DNA from: an uncultured Oscillospiraceae bacterium
Lineage (GTDB): Bacteria; Bacillota; Clostridia; RUG12999
Assembly: GCA_964418245.1 (NCBI GenBank)
Contig: CAYQKW010000004.1
Location: 22 to 64,021 of the forward strand
Length of the DNA stretch: 64,000 bases
Direction: 5' to 3'
Both the position numbers and the translations under genes were made by a program. The notes beneath the pieces were generated by a model. It made no database searches, had not been told where the DNA came from, and was given only the letters and a program-made list of their open reading frames with translations. This document shows positions 49,942 through 59,974 of the stretch, piece by piece. The first letter of the stretch is position 1. Each line of letters starts with the position of its first letter.

Positions 49942-51282
49942 TTATTCCGATATACCGAACTCCGCATTATCTTCATTAAATACGGCAGTATATTTTTTCA
50001 CACCGTCCGCCGTTTTCACTTCAATTTCATATTCGCCGTAAAAACCTCTGAAAGAATATTCATCATCAGTTACCGCGGTATCTATATTTGTTTTCCACTT
50101 ATGATTTATGAGGTTGTCCAACACTTCGTATGCAGGTTTTTTCGTCATATCAAAATGAACAAGACCTGCACAATACATATTTTCCCCCTCTTCGGAACCG
50201 AGCGGAGCGTATGCCGCATAACCGTCAACCAAATTCCACCAAACAATACTTTTCATATTTCTCGTTGCAAACCATGTGGTATACAAAGTTTCAACAATTT
50301 CGGCCTGAAGAGCTTCGTTTTGCGGAACTTTTCCGTTATAGCTCGGAATTGTGATTTCGGAGATATGCATCGGAAAATCATATGCATCGAATATGTCAAG
50401 AATTTCCAACATAAACTCGGCATTTAAGAATATTTGGTTATTTTCAAATCTTTCTTTCGGCTCGAAAATGTGATACTGAAGTCCGATTTCATCAATAGGC
50501 AGACCTTTTTTTACAAACTCCTTCAGCTGCATATTGAACGCCATATATTTACCTTCGGTAACATAATCGAGCCAAATTGCATTGCCTGTTTCATTAAGAA
50601 TTTTAATGTTGTTCTTAAAATATTTTCCGCCCAATTCCAATGCATATTCGTCCCATTCCTCAAAAAGCGTGTTTTTCCCTATTCTGTAATTCGACGCCGA
50701 TTCGTTCACAACATCAAAAGAGGGAATTGAATCGCCGTAACGGTCGGCGATTTCTTTAAAACGTTTTTCGAGTTTTTGTTTTCTTTCTTCCGTACTGTAT
50801 TTTTCAAGCCATTCGGGGACAAAATTACTCCACGTAAGGCAATGCCCCTTAGGTTCTATGCCATATTCGCGGCAAAAATCCAAAACAATATCCGGTGCCG
50901 GACGTCTGTATATATTTTCGCTGTCTCGGTCAAATCTGGGTTTGCCCTCTTCAGGTTCCAAATCCGACCAATAAAACGGAACTACGGCCTGATTAAAAAT
51001 ATTTGCAAACAATTTTTTAAATTCGGTTTCTTTTTCCGCCTTTTCAAAACTGTTCAGCATAAATCCCGTACATCCGAACAAAAATTTATGCTTTGTCTGG
51101 CGGATTGATACCTGCTTCGCCTCTTTTGTGTTAAATTTTAATTTAAAATTACCTTTTCGATATTTTTCAATTCCCTCGGAATTTCTTTTATCCAAAATAT
51201 CTTTATTTTCGATGTAACTTTTTAAAACTTTTTCTCTTTCAAAAACTTCATACATACTATCACCTGGTTTCTCTTTAATCAA
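49942..51282 (-). CDS. GH10-like glycoside hydrolase (intracellular xylanase-like), paralog 1
   Basis: FDVVNES (acid/base region) and HISEITIPS (nucleophile region) resemble the GH10 WDVVNE/ITELD motifs. No signal peptide. Confidence 0.5.
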   Translation of the reverse strand: MIKEKPGDSMYEVFEREKVLKSYIENKDILDKRNSEGIEKYRKGNFKLKFNTKEAKQVSIRQTKHKFLFGCTGFMLNSFEKAEKETEFKKLFANIFNQAVVPFYWSDLEPEEGKPRFDRDSENIYRRPAPDIVLDFCREYGIEPKGHCLTWSNFVPEWLEKYSTEERKQKLEKRFKEIADRYGDSIPSFDVVNESASNYRIGKNTLFEEWDEYALELGGKYFKNNIKILNETGNAIWLDYVTEGKYMAFNMQLKEFVKKGLPIDEIGLQYHIFEPKERFENNQIFLNAEFMLEILDIFDAYDFPMHISEITIPSYNGKVPQNEALQAEIVETLYTTWFATRNMKSIVWWNLVDGYAAYAPLGSEEGENMYCAGLVHFDMTKKPAYEVLDNLINHKWKTNIDTAVTDDEYSFRGFYGEYEIEVKTADGVKKYTAVFNEDNAEFGISE

Positions 51283-51299
51283 ATCCGGTTTCGTTCGGC

Positions 51300-52628
51300 T
51301 TATACGTCAAGTATTATCTTTCGTACATTTGACGCACATTTTGAAAAATCAACCGATGCCGATACATCTCTGCCGTTTACGGAGGCTGTTATTTTATATT
51401 TGCCGTAGAATCCTCTGAACTTTGCCGTTCCGTCCGAAATCACGGTTTTTTCGTTTGTGGTCCATTCATTTTTAATAAGATTTTTCAGCACCTTATAAGC
51501 TTTCTTTTCGGAATAATCCGGGTCTATCAACCCTATTGACGGAATGTTTTCATCGCCGGCAACGCGTTTGGTTGACATAACACCGTCGTCGGGTAAATTC
51601 CACCATGTAAGCCCCGTTACGGCAGGATGACTGAAACACACTTTGTAAAGCTGTTCCGCAGCCAATGCCTGAAGTTCCTCGTCTTTTCCGTCTTCAAATT
51701 CCGACGGTATACTGATTTCGGAAATGTTGATGGTTTTTCCGAGTGTTGCATAAGTATCCAAAACACAATAAAGCCGTTCCGCATTATATGCATTTTCGGG
51801 GTCTTGTGTCCCCATGTGACATTGCAGCCCGATTTCGTCTATTTCAACACCACGGTTAATCAAATCTTTGAGGTTTAAATAAAAACCACTGTATTTACCC
51901 CTAAATTCATTAAATGATGCCCAAACGGTATCGTTTAAAATAAGTTTATTTGCCGGGAACAGGTTTCTTGCAAGTCTGAACAGCCACACGCAATAGTCAT
52001 CTTCAACAAGCATTGCTCCGTTAAGACGTGTTTTTCTGTCACGCATATACACATCAAATAATCTTGACGGCTCGTTTACAACATCAAAACATTCAATACT
52101 TTTTGAATACCTGGAAGCTATTTCTTCAAACCGTTTAACTATATATTTTTTCAGTTTTCTGTAGTCATTCGGCAACCAGTCCGGAACAAATTCGGTCCAG
52201 AACAGCGGATGTCCTTTCATTCTGAGATTATGATTTTTGCAAAATTCCACAACCTCATCTGCCGGCGGACGCCTGTAAACATCTCTCGGCGTACCTTTGT
52301 CATAACGCAGATAATCTTTTTTGGGTTCGGTTCCCTCCCAGTAAAGCGGCACGGTTGCGGTGTTCATAATTGCGCAGAATTTATCTTCGTATTCTTTGTT
52401 TCTTTCATTTGTTTCATATTCACCGAGCATAAATATATTTGCCCCGAAATTGAAATCCAAATCCGTCATAACCGCATTTATAACCTGCCCGTCCTTAAGC
52501 GGATTCCCGTCTTTATCAATCAATATAAGTTCAAAATCACCTTTGCGGTTATTCTCGATGTCGCGGTCTGTTCTTGTTTTATAGTACGCTTCTCCGTCTT
52601 TTAAATATCCGTAAATATCTTTTCTCAT
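51300..52628 (-). CDS. GH10-like glycoside hydrolase, paralog 2
   Basis: FDVVNEPS and TINISEISIPS motifs. Start assigned to MRKDIYGY (the upstream part of the ORF-track ORF lacks coding signal). Confidence 0.5.
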   Translation of the reverse strand: MRKDIYGYLKDGEAYYKTRTDRDIENNRKGDFELILIDKDGNPLKDGQVINAVMTDLDFNFGANIFMLGEYETNERNKEYEDKFCAIMNTATVPLYWEGTEPKKDYLRYDKGTPRDVYRRPPADEVVEFCKNHNLRMKGHPLFWTEFVPDWLPNDYRKLKKYIVKRFEEIASRYSKSIECFDVVNEPSRLFDVYMRDRKTRLNGAMLVEDDYCVWLFRLARNLFPANKLILNDTVWASFNEFRGKYSGFYLNLKDLINRGVEIDEIGLQCHMGTQDPENAYNAERLYCVLDTYATLGKTINISEISIPSEFEDGKDEELQALAAEQLYKVCFSHPAVTGLTWWNLPDDGVMSTKRVAGDENIPSIGLIDPDYSEKKAYKVLKNLIKNEWTTNEKTVISDGTAKFRGFYGKYKITASVNGRDVSASVDFSKCASNVRKIILDV

Positions 52629-52884
52629 ATTATTTGTTCTCCTCTCGTGATTTAATCGGAACCGGCAGGCTCTGTTCCGCGTTGTTTGCCGATTTGTTAT
52701 CTCATCATTGCCATATATTATATAATATATTTCAAATTGCGGTTCAGCCGCGCGGTATATGCGAATTGAACAAATTTGTCCCGTTTTGTCAAATTCACAT
52801 CGGTCATACCGTAAAATGTTTTGCGACCGCAAACTTCATTGTTTGTACAAGTTTTGATAACAAGTGTTTTTTCTGCCGGTTAAA

Positions 52885-53580
52885 TTAAACGTTTTCAAGT
52901 ATCTCGCAAACTTTGTATTCTTTATTATATTCCATCTCAAATCCGCAGTGTATCTTTGATGTATATGCTTTCGGGTCTTCTGTGTTGCTTTCAAACATTC
53001 CGTAATGCGTTGGTATTCCGACTTTGGGATTGATTATGTTTGTGAGCTTCACAGCTTCATCGGCGTTCATATTGCCGAGCTTTCCGTTGATGCAGATGAA
53101 CATAATATCTATATTGCGGTTTTTCAGGGCTTCAAGCTTTTCGTTATATTCGGTATCACCGGAAAAATACATTGTAACACCGCCGTGTTTTATGATAATT
53201 CCGATTGCCGGGACGCTGTGGTCGGCAAAAACCGCCGTAAGGCGGAAGCCGCCGATTTTAAATTCCGCACCCTCGTCAAAAGGTTTATAATCGGTAACAC
53301 CGCATTTTTTCAGTTCTTTTTCCGCATCACTCGGAGCAAGAAACAGCATATCATCTTTGTGCATAAGCGGAATTGCATCAATATCAACATGGTCGAGATG
53401 GTTGTGAGTGCAAACGACAACATCGCTTTTTAAGTCCTCCGGAGCAAACGGTGCGTCAACCATTCTGCCGCGTTTTGCGATACGGTCAACCACATTGGAA
53501 AGATATGGATCTATGCATATTTCGTTATTTTCATCTTTTAAAATATATCCGTTTTGCCCTATCCATTTTATTTTAAGCAT
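52885..53580 (-). CDS. MBL-fold metallo-hydrolase
   Basis: CTHNHLDHVD metal-binding motif. Start MLKIKW is coupled to the ManD stop (TGATG). Confidence 0.7.
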   Translation of the reverse strand: MLKIKWIGQNGYILKDENNEICIDPYLSNVVDRIAKRGRMVDAPFAPEDLKSDVVVCTHNHLDHVDIDAIPLMHKDDMLFLAPSDAEKELKKCGVTDYKPFDEGAEFKIGGFRLTAVFADHSVPAIGIIIKHGGVTMYFSGDTEYNEKLEALKNRNIDIMFICINGKLGNMNADEAVKLTNIINPKVGIPTHYGMFESNTEDPKAYTSKIHCGFEMEYNKEYKVCEILENV

Positions 53581-54950
53581 CAGCTCCACTCCCTGTCGTT
53601 TGCCCATTCATTATCCCATTGTTCGGTAGATTCCCAAACTCCGGGATATTTTTTGTGTATATGTTCGGCGATAAGTTCGTCGTTAAGTTCGTCAATGCCG
53701 AGACCCGGTTTGTTCGGAACATTTACAAAACCGTCTTTAAAGAGCGGATTGTCAATTCCCACAGCCAAATCATTCCACCACGGAATATCAACCGAGTGAA
53801 ATTCAACAGCCAAAATATTTTGTACAGCCGCCGCCGCATGAATTGCCGCCATGCAGGCAATTGGGCTTTCTGCCATGTGTATTGCCATCGCAACACCGTA
53901 TTTGTCACACATATTTCCGAGTTTTTTTAGTTCGGCAACGCCGCCGACTGTAAGTATATCGGGGTGAACAACCGAAACGCCGCCTTCGCTCATTAAAGGT
54001 TCAAAATTTTCCGCAAGATAAATGTCTTCGCCTGTGCAAACGGGAACGTGGCAAGCGTTTGATATTTTAACATAATGTTTTGTATAATGCCATGGTGCAA
54101 TATCTTCTATCCATGCAATATTATATTTTTCGAGCCGTTTTGCAAACATAATACAGTCTTCTATGCAGATATGTCCGAAATGGTCAATTGCAAGAGGCAC
54201 TTCATATCCAATCACGTCACGCACTTGTTTTACATATTCTTCCAAACAATCCATGCCTTTCTGCGTAAGATGTATTCCGGTTGCATGATGAGGAATGGTA
54301 AATACCTCGTAATTTTTGCCCAGCATCATATCCATGTCAACCGAACCGCTTTGATGTACGATTGCTTTCATTGAATATTTTTTCAAGTCTTCCAAAAAAC
54401 CGGTCGGAGCGTTTAGACAGCCGGGTTCATCATATAATTGTTCAATGCCCAAGTCCATTTTAAGGAAGGTGAATCCCTGTTCCATACGTTTTTTCAGCGC
54501 ATGACCCATGTCTGTTCCCGTATGCTTGCCGTCAACATCGGTATCGCAATACATTCTTACTTTATCACGGAATTTTCCGCCGAGCATCTGCCAAACGGGA
54601 ACGCCCCAAGCTTTGCCCGCCAAATCCCATAAGGCAATCTCAATACCCGAAACGCCGCCGCCCTGACGCGAATGACCGCCGAATTGCTTGATTCTTCTGA
54701 AAAGCTTGTCCACATTGCAAGGATTTTCTCCGATAAGTCTTGATTTTAACATAAGAGCATATGTTGCACTTGATGCATCGCGCACTTCGCCGTAGCCAAC
54801 AATCCCCTGATTGGTATAAATTTTGATAAGCGGACAGTGTTTTGGTGCACCGTTGATGTTTGCAACGCGAATATCTGTTATTTTAAGTTCTGACGGAGAG
54901 GAGTTGATATTTACATTTTCCGATATTCCGTCTTTAATGCTGTTGTTCAT
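53580..54950 (-). CDS. enolase-superfamily D-mannonate dehydratase / galactonate dehydratase-family protein
   Basis: MR/MLE family with ManD-like N-terminal capping domain (NGAPKHCPLIKIYTNQGIVGYGE...GIEIALWDLAGKAWGVPVWQ). Confidence 0.7.
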   Translation of the reverse strand: MNNSIKDGISENVNINSSPSELKITDIRVANINGAPKHCPLIKIYTNQGIVGYGEVRDASSATYALMLKSRLIGENPCNVDKLFRRIKQFGGHSRQGGGVSGIEIALWDLAGKAWGVPVWQMLGGKFRDKVRMYCDTDVDGKHTGTDMGHALKKRMEQGFTFLKMDLGIEQLYDEPGCLNAPTGFLEDLKKYSMKAIVHQSGSVDMDMMLGKNYEVFTIPHHATGIHLTQKGMDCLEEYVKQVRDVIGYEVPLAIDHFGHICIEDCIMFAKRLEKYNIAWIEDIAPWHYTKHYVKISNACHVPVCTGEDIYLAENFEPLMSEGGVSVVHPDILTVGGVAELKKLGNMCDKYGVAMAIHMAESPIACMAAIHAAAAVQNILAVEFHSVDIPWWNDLAVGIDNPLFKDGFVNVPNKPGLGIDELNDELIAEHIHKKYPGVWESTEQWDNEWANDREWS

Positions 54951-55069
54951 AAAAATCCTCCTTGATATTGTGTGATTTACACATTGACATTTTGTTCTTT
55001 CTGTATTATAATATATCATATAAGGCAAGAAAAAGCGACCACTATTTTATTGAATTTGTCCACTATTTT

Positions 55070-55984
55070 ATGATTGGAGATGTAAATGTGAAATACGGCG
55101 AAGCGATTTTAAACGATAAAAAAGGCAATCCCATACTGAGGACGTTCTATTCAACCGTAAGCCGTGGAAAAAGGCAGTATCGGGAACATCATCACACCGA
55201 ATGCGAACTCTCTACAATTATTTCCGGCAGCGGAATTTATACGGTTGCTCAAAAAGAATATGATTTTTCTGCCGGAGATGTTTTTTTGTTCAGCGGCGAT
55301 GAAGTGCATTGCTTGACGGATATATCCGATAAGTTTTTGATTTTGAATGTTCAGTTCAGTCCGCAATTGTTATGGTTTGATACAGATACTTTTTCGGTAT
55401 TGCGCTTGTTTGTTGACCGCAGTGACAAATTTGAGAATAAACTGAAAAAAAATCCGTATACAAATATAATTCACAATAATATAACCTTGCTTCACAAGGA
55501 ATTGTCCGAACAGCGCGACGGTTATGCAATGATGGTAAAATATATTTTGTATTCAATACTTTTGACAATTGTCCGCGAATATGATTATGTTGATTTAAAC
55601 AAGGAGTACATTTATCCGAAAAGTACAATAAAATCAATAAAAGCCGCACTTGATTATATTGATGATAATCTGTTCAGCGCATCATTGAATTTGAATGACA
55701 TAGCCTTTCGGGCGTCAATGTCTCCGACTTATTTTTCAAGTACATTTAAAAAAATGCATTCTGTTTCTCCGTGGGAATATATTACGGTAAAACGGGTGAA
55801 CAAAGCTGTTGAACTTTTGAAAACAACAGAGCTTACAAAACTGGATATTGCCCAAAGATGCGGCTTTTCAAGCTCATCAAATTTTTATAAAGCTTTTTCA
55901 AAAATAACGGGAAAAACTCCGTCTCAAATCTGCCAAACAAACAATTCGCGGTTGGGTGGTTTGCCCGAACGGATTAAAGAGTAG
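55070..55984 (+). CDS. AraC-family transcriptional regulator
   Basis: Cupin N-terminus plus AraC HTH C-terminus (...SPTYFSSTFKKMHSVSPWEY). Divergent from the catabolic cluster. Confidence 0.7.
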   Translation: MIGDVNVKYGEAILNDKKGNPILRTFYSTVSRGKRQYREHHHTECELSTIISGSGIYTVAQKEYDFSAGDVFLFSGDEVHCLTDISDKFLILNVQFSPQLLWFDTDTFSVLRLFVDRSDKFENKLKKNPYTNIIHNNITLLHKELSEQRDGYAMMVKYILYSILLTIVREYDYVDLNKEYIYPKSTIKSIKAALDYIDDNLFSASLNLNDIAFRASMSPTYFSSTFKKMHSVSPWEYITVKRVNKAVELLKTTELTKLDIAQRCGFSSSSNFYKAFSKITGKTPSQICQTNNSRLGGLPERIKE

Positions 55985-56066
55985 GATATAAATAATGACA
56001 CAAAACGCAAAGTTTTAAAAACTGCATAGCATGGGGCAGGGTGTGGTTTCGCCCTGCCCCATGGCT

Positions 56067-56969
56067 TTATTTTTCGGGGAAATCAATTTCGTCAACCAAA
56101 CTTTGCAGGGCTTCGATAAGCTTTGCTCGGTTTGTCGCACCAATCTCATAAAGCGGCGGCCGAAGATTCATACCGGAAAAGCCCATTTCGGAAAGTGCCG
56201 CTTTAACGGGAATTGGATTCACCTCGCAGAACAATGCTTTTATAAGCGGCATAAGCTTAAATTGCAGTTTTTGTGCTTCTTTGATGTTTCCGGATTTGTA
56301 AAAATTGCAAATATCTCCGGTTTCTTTCGGACGTATGTTCGCAACCACCGAAATAACACCGGCGGCACCTATGGAAAGCATCGGAAGAATAATATCATCA
56401 TTGCCCGAATATACATAAAAATCACTGCCGCAAATCTGCCGTATATCCATCGCCGCCGCAATACTGCCGCTTGCTTCTTTAATTCCGCATATATTATCCG
56501 TTTCGCTTAATATGCGGCAGGTTTCGGTTGATATATTCATGCCGGTTCTTGACGGCACGTTATACATGATAATCGGAATATCAACACTTTCCGCAATTTC
56601 GGTATAATGCGAAATCAGCCCACTTTGCGTACATTTGTTGTAATATGGTGTAACAACAAGCAATGCATCTGCACCGACGGCGCAGGCTTCGGCAGAAAGC
56701 TTAACCGCATGTGCTGTGTTGTTGCTTCCTGTTCCGGCAATAACGGGAATCTTCCCCCTAACCTTTTTAACGGCATACCAAACAGCATTAATCCGTTCTT
56801 CATCGGTCATGGAGGAGGATTCCCCGGTTGTTCCGCACACAACAAGTGCGCTTATATTGTTTTTTATTTGAAAATCAATTAATTTATCGAAAGTTTCATA
56901 ATCAATGCCTTTATCGTTAAACGGTGTAACAATGGCTGTCGCCGCCCCCGTAAACACAGGCTTTCTCAT
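56067..56969 (-). CDS. dapA: 4-hydroxy-tetrahydrodipicolinate synthase
   Basis: 300 aa. TPF..G.IDYE and GTTGES motifs. Confidence 0.85.
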   Translation of the reverse strand: MRKPVFTGAATAIVTPFNDKGIDYETFDKLIDFQIKNNISALVVCGTTGESSSMTDEERINAVWYAVKKVRGKIPVIAGTGSNNTAHAVKLSAEACAVGADALLVVTPYYNKCTQSGLISHYTEIAESVDIPIIMYNVPSRTGMNISTETCRILSETDNICGIKEASGSIAAAMDIRQICGSDFYVYSGNDDIILPMLSIGAAGVISVVANIRPKETGDICNFYKSGNIKEAQKLQFKLMPLIKALFCEVNPIPVKAALSEMGFSGMNLRPPLYEIGATNRAKLIEALQSLVDEIDFPEK

Positions 56970-56985
56970 AAACTTTCCTTTCCGC

Positions 56986-58062
56986 TTATATCAATCCTTT
57001 TGCACAAAGAAGTTCCGCAAGAAGCACTCCGCCGCCGGCGGCACCTCTCAGTGTGTTGTGAGATAAGCAAACAAATTTATAGTCATACTGAGTATCTTCT
57101 CTTAATCTTCCGATTGAAACCGCCATACCGTTTTCAAGGTTTCTTTCGGATTTTATCTGCGGTCTGTCGTTTTCTTCAAAATAGTGGAGGAAATGTTTCG
57201 GTGCGCTCGGCAGATTCAGTCTTTGCGCTTCACCCTCAAAATTCTTCCATTTTTCGATGATTTCTTCTTTTGAAACCTTTTTATCGAACGATACAAAAAC
57301 CGCCGCAAGGTGTCCGTCCGATACCGGAACTCTTATGCACTGCGCCGTAAATTCGGGTTTTGATGCATTAACGATTTTTCCGTCTTCAACTTTTCCCCAA
57401 AGTTTAAGCGGTTCCTGCTCCGATTTTTCTTCTTCTCCGCCGATATACGGAATAACGTTGTCTATCATATCCGGCCAAGTATCGAAAGTTTTTCCGGCAC
57501 CAGATATTGCCTGATATGTGCAGCAAAGAACTTTCGACGGTTCATATTCAAGCAGAGGATGAATCGCCGGAACGTAACTCTGGAGTGAGCAGTTGGACTT
57601 AACCGCAATAAATCCTTTTTTTGTTCCGAGACGTTTTTTCTGTGATTCGATAACGTCGGTGTGGTCCGGGTTGATTTCCGGCACAATCATGGGAACATCC
57701 GGGGTTCCGCGGTGTGCGCTGTTGTTCGATATAACCGGACATTCGGCTTTTGCATATGTTTCTTCAAGTTTTTTTATTTCATCTTTTTTCATATCAACGG
57801 CACAGAATACAAAATCAACCTCGGCGGCGATTTTTTCAACGTCTGATTCCGCATCCATAACAACCATGTTTTTGACGGATTCGGGCATTTCGGTCTGCAT
57901 TTTCCATCTTCCCGAAACAGCCTCGGCATATGGTCTGCCGGCACTTCTTGAACTTGCCGCAAGCACCTTTATGTTAAACCACGGGTGATTTTCGAGCAGT
58001 GTTATAAATCGCTGACCCACCATTCCGGTTGCTCCGACTATTCCTACATTATATTTTTTCAT
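56986..58062 (-). CDS. asd: aspartate-semialdehyde dehydrogenase
   Basis: 358 aa. N-terminal NAD-binding VGIVGATGMVGQ and catalytic Cys region (NCSLQS). Confidence 0.85.
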   Translation of the reverse strand: MKKYNVGIVGATGMVGQRFITLLENHPWFNIKVLAASSRSAGRPYAEAVSGRWKMQTEMPESVKNMVVMDAESDVEKIAAEVDFVFCAVDMKKDEIKKLEETYAKAECPVISNNSAHRGTPDVPMIVPEINPDHTDVIESQKKRLGTKKGFIAVKSNCSLQSYVPAIHPLLEYEPSKVLCCTYQAISGAGKTFDTWPDMIDNVIPYIGGEEEKSEQEPLKLWGKVEDGKIVNASKPEFTAQCIRVPVSDGHLAAVFVSFDKKVSKEEIIEKWKNFEGEAQRLNLPSAPKHFLHYFEENDRPQIKSERNLENGMAVSIGRLREDTQYDYKFVCLSHNTLRGAAGGGVLLAELLCAKGLI

Positions 58063-58230
58063 GAAAACTACCTCCGCTTATTAATATTTGCATTATATTA
58101 ATATAATATCATTTTTATTGTGTTGTGTCAATCTGATTATTAACTAATATTTTGAAAAAATTTAAAGGATTTTTTCATATATATGTCGAATTTATTGTTA
58201 TAGACGTATTTTTTGAGAGGTAATAATATC

Positions 58231-59466
58231 ATGAATTTTAAAATATATACGGCAGTGTTTTTTCTTATGTTGCTTGCGTCGTTCAACGCAGCCGCCGTAA
58301 CCGTGGGATTGTATTACGGAAGCTCTGCGCCTTCGGAACTTGAAGTTGCATCGGGAGACGGTCTTGTGTGCGGAGAAACGGTGCTTTCAACCGCAATAAC
58401 GGCAAAAAACGAAAACGGAGTAATAAATATATATGACAATGATAGCGGAAATATTACTGTTTCGGGGAATGATTTGAAAATAACCGCCGGAGGAAATATA
58501 TTCAAACTGAACGGTATCAGATACAGAGGAAGCATTGTTTTGAGTATCGACGGAAACGGAATACGTGCCGTAAACGATGTTGATGTTGACGATTATGTGA
58601 AAGGTGTTGTTCCGAAAGAGGTTTCGGCATCGTGGAATGCGGAAGCGTTGAAAGCACAGGCGGTTATATCGCGAACACTGCTGTATTCTTCTTTTATGGG
58701 CAAACATGACGGGTTTGACGTGTGTGCAACAACAAACTGCCAGGTATACGGCGGTTATGATGTTGAAACGAAAAATACCAATGCCGCGGTTGAGGATACC
58801 GAAGGGCTTATTTTAAAATACAACGGCAAGCCGGCACAAACGTATTTTTCCGCCGGCAACGGCGGATATACCGCCGACAGCTCCGATGTTTGGACGGCGG
58901 CATTGCCGTATCTGACCGAGCGTGAAGACCCATATGAAAGATGGAACGAAATAAAGGGATTGAGCTGGTATGTCAATCTTACAAAAGATGATATAAAAGC
59001 CGCCGTGCAAAAATACGGCGGAAATATTGGTGATATAAGAAGTGTTAAAATAACCGCGGCATCTCCGGCCGGCAGGGTTACCGAACTCACGGTTACGGGA
59101 ACGGATGGGGAATATAAGTTCAAAAAAAATGCCGCCGCATACGCTCTTGGACTGCGCAGTCAGTTTTATGTGTTGACCGGCGGAGAAAATGTGATATATT
59201 CGACCGACGGAGCAATCGGTACGTCTGTTTATGCAATTGATTCGGACGGCAACATAAAATCATCCGGTATCTGTGCGTTGGATTCAACCGGAATTGCGGA
59301 GCTTGAAACAGGTTCGGGAGTATATACGTTTTCGGGGAAAGGATACGGTCACGGTGTCGGTATGAGTCAGTGGGGAGCTTATGAAATGGCAGACCGAGGG
59401 TTTGCGTATAATGAAATTCTTGAATTTTATTATCCCGGTACAACACTTTGCGCAATCGGGGAATAA
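58231..59466 (+). CDS. spoIID: SpoIID/LytB-domain protein (stage II sporulation protein D-like)
   Basis: Signal peptide, then SpoIID-like core (KGVVPKEVSASWNAEALKAQAVISRT...NCQVYGG). Confidence 0.7.
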   Translation: MNFKIYTAVFFLMLLASFNAAAVTVGLYYGSSAPSELEVASGDGLVCGETVLSTAITAKNENGVINIYDNDSGNITVSGNDLKITAGGNIFKLNGIRYRGSIVLSIDGNGIRAVNDVDVDDYVKGVVPKEVSASWNAEALKAQAVISRTLLYSSFMGKHDGFDVCATTNCQVYGGYDVETKNTNAAVEDTEGLILKYNGKPAQTYFSAGNGGYTADSSDVWTAALPYLTEREDPYERWNEIKGLSWYVNLTKDDIKAAVQKYGGNIGDIRSVKITAASPAGRVTELTVTGTDGEYKFKKNAAAYALGLRSQFYVLTGGENVIYSTDGAIGTSVYAIDSDGNIKSSGICALDSTGIAELETGSGVYTFSGKGYGHGVGMSQWGAYEMADRGFAYNEILEFYYPGTTLCAIGE

Positions 59467-59502
59467 AAAGGCGTGTGTCGGGCAGGTTTGAAATATGTTT
59501 TT

Positions 59503-59525
59503 GGGGGGCGGATAATATCTGCCCC
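59503..59525 (+). repeat. recurrent 3'-end hairpin motif (copy C)
   Basis: ggggcggataatatctgcccc, 37 nt downstream of the spoIID-like stop. 18/19 identical to the transcribed-strand sequence of copy B. Confidence 0.5.
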
Positions 59526-59551
59526 ATATTGGTTTGGGTACCGTCGCGAGC

Positions 59552-59776
59552 CTAATCGCCGATTGATAATTCGGTGTTAAACATGTCTGTTCCTGTGAGT
59601 TTCGGCAAAATAACATTTTTTCTCACCTCCGACGGTGAAATTCCGTATTCGTTTGCAAAACTTCGGTTCATTGTTCTCGTACTTCCGAATCCGCTTTCGT
59701 AAGCTATATCGGTGATTGCTTTTTTCGGCGATGAAACACTCCGCCGCCGAAACGTTGAATAACTTTTTTCTGCCAT
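59552..59776 (-). pseudogene. AraC-family HTH C-terminal remnant
   Basis: 74-aa ORF containing only the second AraC helix-turn-helix (AYESGFGSTRTMNRSFANEYGISPSEVRK). No N-terminal domain and no partner ORF upstream. Confidence 0.5.
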
Positions 59777-59894
59777 TTATTGAAAAAGTAAAAGGCTTAG
59801 GCGCAGCGGGTGTACACTGTAGGCTTAAGTCTTTTAAAATAAATATATATTAACAAGTCACCTGTGTGACATGGTTGCAAAAAAGTGGGGGTGT

Positions 59895-59925
59895 GTACCT
59901 TAAGCCGCAAAACGGCTTAAGGTAC
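59895..59925 (-). terminator. intrinsic terminator downstream of htrA
   Basis: gtaccttaagccg-caaaa-cggcttaaggtac, 13-bp perfect stem. A U-rich stretch follows on minus within about 15 nt. Confidence 0.5.
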
Positions 59926-59974
59926 GGTTACACTTTTCAGTGCTTATATATGATAATCTTTAGATTATCCGCAA

